Source of the DNA: Rebecca billardiae RCC1528
Lineage: Eukaryota > Protista > Haptophyta
Length of the DNA: 64,000 bases
Reading direction: 5' to 3'
Assembly: GCA_965240325.2 (NCBI GenBank)
Contig: OZ251232.1
Coordinates: forward strand, 2,294,001 to 2,358,000
Shown piece by piece: positions 58,613 to 64,000 of the stretch; the stretch's first letter is position 1, and each line of letters starts with the position of its first letter. The notes beneath the pieces are model-generated. The model was not told the DNA's origin. It made no database searches and saw nothing but the letters and a program-made list of their open reading frames with translations. A program made the translations under genes and the position numbers.

Positions 58613-58759
58613 GGAGCGGCCTGGGCCGCACCACTCGTACGGTCCCGGCCAGCAGAATGAAATCCGTGACGCCGATCCATAGCTTGAACTGCGTCCCCAA
58701 GGCGGCTGGCGGGGGCCTGGGGACGCCATCGCAACCAAGTGTGCACGTTATAAAACATA

Positions 58760-60999
58760 CTACTCGGGCCGGGGGTTTGGCGGTAGCGAAGTTTGTCACT
58801 TTGACAAACTGTTTCAGCTTCGTCGGCGTGCGCTATTTTGAGCGCGCGCCTATGAAGGCAGCTGCTATTCAAAGGCGAGTCGCCTATGAAGCCGGCTCCT
58901 ATTAATATGTGTCAATACCTTACGGGTACTTGGGAGCGGGCGCTCATATGGCTCACCAGGCCGCGAGGCTGCGCCATGCCGCCCATCTGCACGTCGCCGA
59001 ATCGGCCGCAAATCGGATGCGAGAGGCGAGGCGGAGGACGGCAGACATTCGCCGTGAGCGTGGTGTCGATCCTTGTTGCGTGCGCCACCGTCGTGCTTGC
59101 TCCCGCCGCCGGGAAGCAGGCGCGCAAGCTGCCGTCCACGCAGGAGGACAATTCCTATCGTTCAACGCATGCGCCGAGCTCTCAATCCAAGTACATGGCG
59201 GTTGGGCGACCCTCTCGCCGTTCGTGGACGCTGCCATACCGTACTGCGCGAACTCTTGCTGCTACCTGCTCCGCCCAGCTGGCACGAAGGTGGGGCGCGA
59301 GGTGTTCTACTGGCAGACGTCTGGCAGTAGACACCCTGACCTCGCAGCTGATGCTTCCCTCAGTGTGCTGTCCCAGTTGACAGACATGTCGTGGCTTGCG
59401 TCTCGGGGGCAGGTATTCATCTACCGTAGCGCTTCGCCGAGCTACGCCCTGCGCAAGCCGCCTCAGTGAGCGCCGCTCTGAAAGCCTCACCGACCTCTGC
59501 GTTCTATCGCGTGCCGCCTCATGCGTGATGCGGTTGAGCTGCCGTTGCACGCGGCGTGTGGCTCACACGTACGTGCGGAAAGCCGCATTGCCCTCGGCCT
59601 ACGCCGCGTTCGACCGCGCGATGGGCGCGGGCACGCTCACCGGTCATCGTGCGAATGAGCTGCGCGCGCTGATCGCCGGTGAGCTCAGAGCCGCGCGCGC
59701 TGCCGGCAGTCATCCCTGCGAGTGCTGCGGGGCGAAGCGGCGGGCGAGGCGCCAGCAGGAAAGCTCGCAATCGTCGACTCAGCGTTCGTCATGCTGCCCC
59801 CGCTGCCACCTGACGCGATTGGCCTGCAGTTGAGGGCGCCAAGGCGACGCTGCGCCCGCTCCTAGGGGCAACCGGCGGCTGAGGACGAGTCGAGCGATAT
59901 GCAGTTTGACTATGACTATGAGCTGACCGTTGACGATCACGATGATGCTACAGTACACGTACTACTACTGATGACGATTTTGACGCGCTGCTGGTCTCGG
60001 CGGTCATCAGCTGAGCCTGCGAGTGAGACTTGTTTCTCGCAATGCTGCCATCCGCCGCCGGATATGTGACTGCATGTGAGCCCACGATTATCACTTGAGC
60101 TCGGCGCCAGCCCGATCGAAAGCAGCCTGAGCCTGAGGCCCCGGGCCCGGACGGGCGGACAGTGACAAGCTGCAGACGACTCGACGATCAGCTGCTGACA
60201 GATGATCACGGCGACATGATGACGATGGGCGCAGTCGCGGAAGGCCCACCTGCCCCGGCCTACTTCAGGATGCGCAAAGGGGTGGTCAACATTAGATATC
60301 TGCTAAGGTGACAGGTGCTGTAGCCGTGGGCCGCAGCAGCGGCGCGCAGCGCGCATGCATGCATGCGCGCCTGACAGATGCTCCGGGCACGAATGATTGC
60401 CCTCAGCTCGACCCAGACGAGTTGAAGCATGGCAGAGTGGTGCCGTGCACACGTTCACATCGATGGCCTTGCGACCATACAGTCTTGCCTTGTACGCCCG
60501 CGAGGTCAAACCACAGCTGTGGCTTTGGATCCGAGGTCCGCCGAGCACCACCGCGGTACAGGCCCAAGCCTTGGCAGTGCGAGCAGTCCTCTTGAGTTCG
60601 GCGATCTGGAAAGCCTGCATCACCTGGCCCACAGCGCGCAGCATCGCGAAGCTGTGGGCCAGATCGATCCCCGTGCGAACAAGACCAAGGGCAATGCTCG
60701 CTACGTGTGAGCAGGTGCTGATTCTCCTACTGTACGGCACCCGCTCGGGAACTTGTGCCCCGGTCTCGACATCCGGGTATCGCCCGGATCATGGGCCGGG
60801 GTATTGGCCGCCGCGCCGCCCGTCCCATCAACGCAACAATCGGAGCTGCGGCCTGCTGCACCTCCGGTCCCGCGTCCTCCCCCGGCGCGGCCATCACCGT
60901 CGTGCGGCATGGATCGTCCGCCACAGTCCCGCGATTTTCCGAAAAACCGGCGGCCGATTTTTCGGAAAATCCTTACCACCAAACCCCCGGCCCGAGTAG
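58760..60999. mobile_element. TA-flanked TIR element (2,240 bp) carrying decayed coding-like cargo
   Basis: TA|CTACTCGGGCCGGGGGTTTGGCGGTA (58760-58785) ... TACCACCAAACCCCCGGCCCGAGTAG|TA (60974-60999), 25/26 match; no transposase motif recognised. Confidence 0.87.
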
Positions 61000-61031
61000 T
61001 AAACTGTAGGCGCTGGCGCCTGGCCGACACA

Positions 61032-61919
61032 ATGGCGTCGCTCGCAGCATGGCTGCTCGCGCTGGCGTGCGTCGCGCTGGCGGCGCTGCTGGCGCGGCGC
61101 GCGCGGCGCGCGCGGCGCGGCGCACCCGGCGCGGCGCCGCCGGCGGGTACGGCGTGCGGCCCGCCCGTGTGCGAGCTGCTGCTGCTCGACGGCTGCAACC
61201 TGCCGCTCGGCCTCGAGCTGCGGCCGAGCGGCGCGCCGCCGCGGCTGACGAGCGGCGGCGGCCGGCGCGGCGGCGCGTGCGAGGACTGGGGCGCGGTGCT
61301 CGCGGGGCTCAGCGGCGCCGACGCGCCGTTCGAACGCGCGAGCGTCCTCTTCGACGCGCGCAGCCCCGTCGGCGCCGCGCTCGGCGCGCGCGCGCGCGTG
61401 CAGCTCTCCGCGCGCGTGTGCGCGCGCTCGACCGAGCGGCGGCGCGCGAGCGCGGACGACGAGATCGTCGAGGCCGTCGCGGCGGCGAGGGCGGCGGGCG
61501 GCGGCGCGGCAGCGAGCGCGGCGGCGTGCTCGCCGCGCGACGCGCACGCGGAGCTCGCCGCGCCGCCGCCGGCGCGCGACGGCCGCCGCCGGTTCTTTGT
61601 GCTGAGGCGCTCGGGCGGCGGCGAGCGCGCGCACGCGCGGCTGTGGCGCTTGCTCGGGCTCGTGCGGCCCGAGGCGGTGGCGTGCCTCGCGGCGCTCACG
61701 CCCGGGCTGCGCGAGCAGGGTGCGCGCGACGCGCTCGCGCTCTGCGGCCGCGCCGCGCCCTTCGTCCGCGCCTCGCGCGCCTCGCTGCCCGCCGAGCGCG
61801 CTGCGTGCGTCACCGTCTGCACGGACGACGTGCTGCTGGCGCGCAGGGTGGTGGACGCGGGCGGGCTCGCGCTGAGCTGGCGTCAGCTGCGCGCGCTCGT
61901 CGCGGGGGTGCGCAGGTGA
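61032..61919 (+). CDS. YacP-like NYN/PIN-domain ribonuclease with N-terminal membrane anchor
   Basis: LLLLDGCNL, VLFD, SADDEIV, VCTDDVLLARRVVDAGG supply the four acidic PIN/NYN motifs; N-terminal TM followed by an Arg cluster. Confidence 0.75.
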   Translation: MASLAAWLLALACVALAALLARRARRARRGAPGAAPPAGTACGPPVCELLLLDGCNLPLGLELRPSGAPPRLTSGGGRRGGACEDWGAVLAGLSGADAPFERASVLFDARSPVGAALGARARVQLSARVCARSTERRRASADDEIVEAVAAARAAGGGAAASAAACSPRDAHAELAAPPPARDGRRRFFVLRRSGGGERAHARLWRLLGLVRPEAVACLAALTPGLREQGARDALALCGRAAPFVRASRASLPAERAACVTVCTDDVLLARRVVDAGGLALSWRQLRALVAGVRR

Positions 61920-62451
61920 CGGGCTGTACTCATTTCGCAGTGTATCGACGATGATGGTTTCAGTAGCGCAGCGCGTTGGTCCGCGACAGCTGGCGGGACT
62001 CGGTCCGTGGCACGGCTTGCGACGAGTACCATCTCGCAGAGAGTTGCGGCCACCGCCCAGCTGCCAGCATGAGCGGGGCCTCATCGGAGCAGCTAGTCCC
62101 CTGCTCTATACAGCCTCTAACTAGGCGCAGACGCGGCTGCTTAGCAGGCCGGACGCCGATAAATTGCTGCTGCGCGCATATATAAGTAGCCGACGGCCCG
62201 CGCTGCCGGCGGCGCCGTGCCTGATGGCCGTAGGCGTAGCCACTGCCAGTCGAGAGCCCGGGCGGCGTCTGTCGGCGGCGCGGCCCGCGGGGCCGGCGTC
62301 AGCCACACTGCGGCCACCGCCCCATATATGAGGATGCGCGCATCATCATCAATAACTCGCGGTGGCAACTCGCGTTGTCAGGGCGAGGCGACTATACTAC
62401 GTACTGCTTCGGCAGAGCTGCTCTCCTCCTCATTAATGCCGCCGGCTCGCG

Positions 62452-64000
62452 TCATGCCGCCGGGCCGTGGGCGGACGGAGCCTGTGCGCTGCAGCGCGCC
62501 TCGTCGCGCTCGGCCATGCCCGGAGGCGCGCCCCGCTGCCGGAGGGCGCGCCACTCGTCCGGCGTGCGCAGGCCGTCTGTCAGCTGCGCCAGCGGCACGC
62601 GCACCGCCGCCATCGTGCAGTCGTTCACACCGTACCCCAGCATCAGCTCGGGTGCCGCGGTGGGCGCCAGCCTGGGCGCACGGCCGGCGCCGGCACTACC
62701 GCTGCTGCCGCGCGTCGGGTCGCGGCCGCCGTCGGGCCGACCGACCCCGGGTGTGCCCGCCCCGCGTGTGCCGGCGTCGGGTGCGGCTGGCAGCAGCTGG
62801 AGCGAGAGCACGCGCTGGATGGTCTCGCACTCAGCGCTCTGCGCCAAGAAGGCCGCCGCCGCCTGCGGCGGTGCGCTCCACGGCCTCGCCGCCGCCGAGC
62901 GCAGCGCGGGCAGGCACCACTCCGGCCCCACGCGGCGCAGCGCGAACGGCGGGCGCGCGTCCACCGTGAAGGCGAGGTGCGTGTAGTGGTGGCCATCCTT
63001 GGCCCAGCTGCGGCCCAGCTGCGCGCGCGCGAGCGCGGAGAGGTTGGCACCGCGCTGCCCGCCGCCGCCCGCCTCGCCGCCACCGCCACCGCCCTCGCCG
63101 CCGAGCGCTGCGGCGGGTGGCGGCCGCGGCGCCGGTGTGGGCGAGGGCTGGCTGGTACGCACCCAGCCGCCTTGGCTCCCGGACTCCTGGCCTCCTCCGC
63201 CGCCAAGGGTGGGCGAGGGCCGGTCCAAACGGCCGACGCAGAGCAGCTCCTCGCCGCCGGGCAGCGGCACCGGGCCGGCGGACAGGCGCACCCGCGACGC
63301 CCACGCCGCGGGCAGCGACGCCCACGCGCGCGCCGCGCGGTCGAGCCGCGCCGCGTCCTCGCCGCTCACGCCCGCGCCGCCGCTCGGCGCCAGCGGCGCG
63401 AGCGGCAGCGCGCGCTCGGGCAGCAGGCTGGCTGAGCGCAGCCCGGCGCGGTCTGTGTGCAGCTCGAGCTGCGCTTGGACGCGCATGGCGAGCGGCGCCG
63501 GCGCCAGGGACCACAGCAGGTGCAGCGCGCCGCCGTGCCAGAAGGGCAGCTGGTCGTGGCGCTCGCTGAGCCCGCCGGAGAGTCCGGTGCTCTGAGCCGC
63601 GGCCGCGGAGACGTTCAGGTACCCGCCGTGCGTGTAACCGCCGTGCGTGTCGGCGAGCAGGCGCGCGCGCAGCGCGCACGCGGAGCCGTCGGCGGCGAGC
63701 GGCGCGTCCCTGATGCACTCCAGCACAAGCGGCGCCACGGACACCACCGCCGTCTGCTCGGGGCTCGCCAGCGGCCCGCTCTGCCGCAGGCCGCACGTGC
63801 ACGCGCCCCACAGCCCGGCGCGGCCGGCGGCGCCGCCGCCGTTGCCGTCGGGCTCGCGGAAGAGGCGGCACTCCTTGAGAGCGCGGCAGCGGCGCGTCAG
63901 CAGCACTGGCCCTCGCGCGAGCTCCACGAGCGACGCGTCGAGCAGCGCGACGGCGCACGCGTCCGTCTTGCCGAGCTGCCAGGCGGGGCCGCGCGCCGCC
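62452..64000 (-). CDS. 5'-partial beta-propeller glyco-enzyme-like protein (GH130/beta-mannosyltransferase-like)
   Basis: LHLLWSLAP, VRLSAGPVPL, HYTHLAFTVDARPPFALRRVGPEWCLP, ELMLGYGVNDC; the frame runs to the window edge. Confidence 0.55.
   Translation of the reverse strand, partial: AARGPAWQLGKTDACAVALLDASLVELARGPVLLTRRCRALKECRLFREPDGNGGGAAGRAGLWGACTCGLRQSGPLASPEQTAVVSVAPLVLECIRDAPLAADGSACALRARLLADTHGGYTHGGYLNVSAAAAQSTGLSGGLSERHDQLPFWHGGALHLLWSLAPAPLAMRVQAQLELHTDRAGLRSASLLPERALPLAPLAPSGGAGVSGEDAARLDRAARAWASLPAAWASRVRLSAGPVPLPGGEELLCVGRLDRPSPTLGGGGGQESGSQGGWVRTSQPSPTPAPRPPPAAALGGEGGGGGGEAGGGGQRGANLSALARAQLGRSWAKDGHHYTHLAFTVDARPPFALRRVGPEWCLPALRSAAARPWSAPPQAAAAFLAQSAECETIQRVLSLQLLPAAPDAGTRGAGTPGVGRPDGGRDPTRGSSGSAGAGRAPRLAPTAAPELMLGYGVNDCTMAAVRVPLAQLTDGLRTPDEWRALRQRGAPPGMAERDEARCSAQAPSAHGPAA

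Noticed and set aside
58691-58726. GC-rich hairpin after the GT29 stop as a terminator or Helitron end
   Set aside because: Eukaryotic context, and no CTRR end at the expected distance
60303-60740. Minus-strand frames inside the TIR element, one with CSHCQGLG (DnaJ zinc-finger-like)
   Set aside because: Single isolated motif in a short interrupted frame

Overview
Gene-dense, very GC-rich eukaryotic nuclear DNA. It has short GT-AG spliceosomal introns, TTAGGG-type telomeric repeat and TA/TACA microsatellites. The style suggests a haptophyte alga such as Pavlovales (inference only). About 20 protein genes were recognised or modelled: Tctex1 dynein light chain, EEP/EF-hand protein, enolase with an N-terminal docking-like extension, CHD remodeler, divergent kinesin, GST, degenerate MHYT protein, ARMC6, LENG1-like, two tandem paralogues of unknown function, a ~2,100-aa IQ/FN3/pseudokinase/NACHT-like/EF-hand protein, mitochondrial ATP synthase gamma, a Cys-rich secreted protein, two GT-B-like paralogues, HtpX/M48 protease, GT29 sialyltransferase-like, YacP-like NYN nuclease, and a partial beta-propeller glyco-enzyme. 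Most genes form tight head-to-head pairs. The other intergenic spaces hold at least 8 non-autonomous DNA transposons from 7 families, each delimited by TIRs and target-site duplications read directly from the sequence. Highlights: an in-frame (CCCTAA)7 telomeric insertion with a 14-bp flanking duplication inside the CHD coding sequence; the apparently catalytically dead TCAD9-like/NACHT-like Ca2+-sensor giant; a candidate glycan-synthesis gene cluster; and a 2.2-kb cargo-carrying TIR element abutting the NYN gene. No rRNA, tRNA or CRISPR array was seen. Most long ORFs in the supplied track are GC-driven shadow ORFs.
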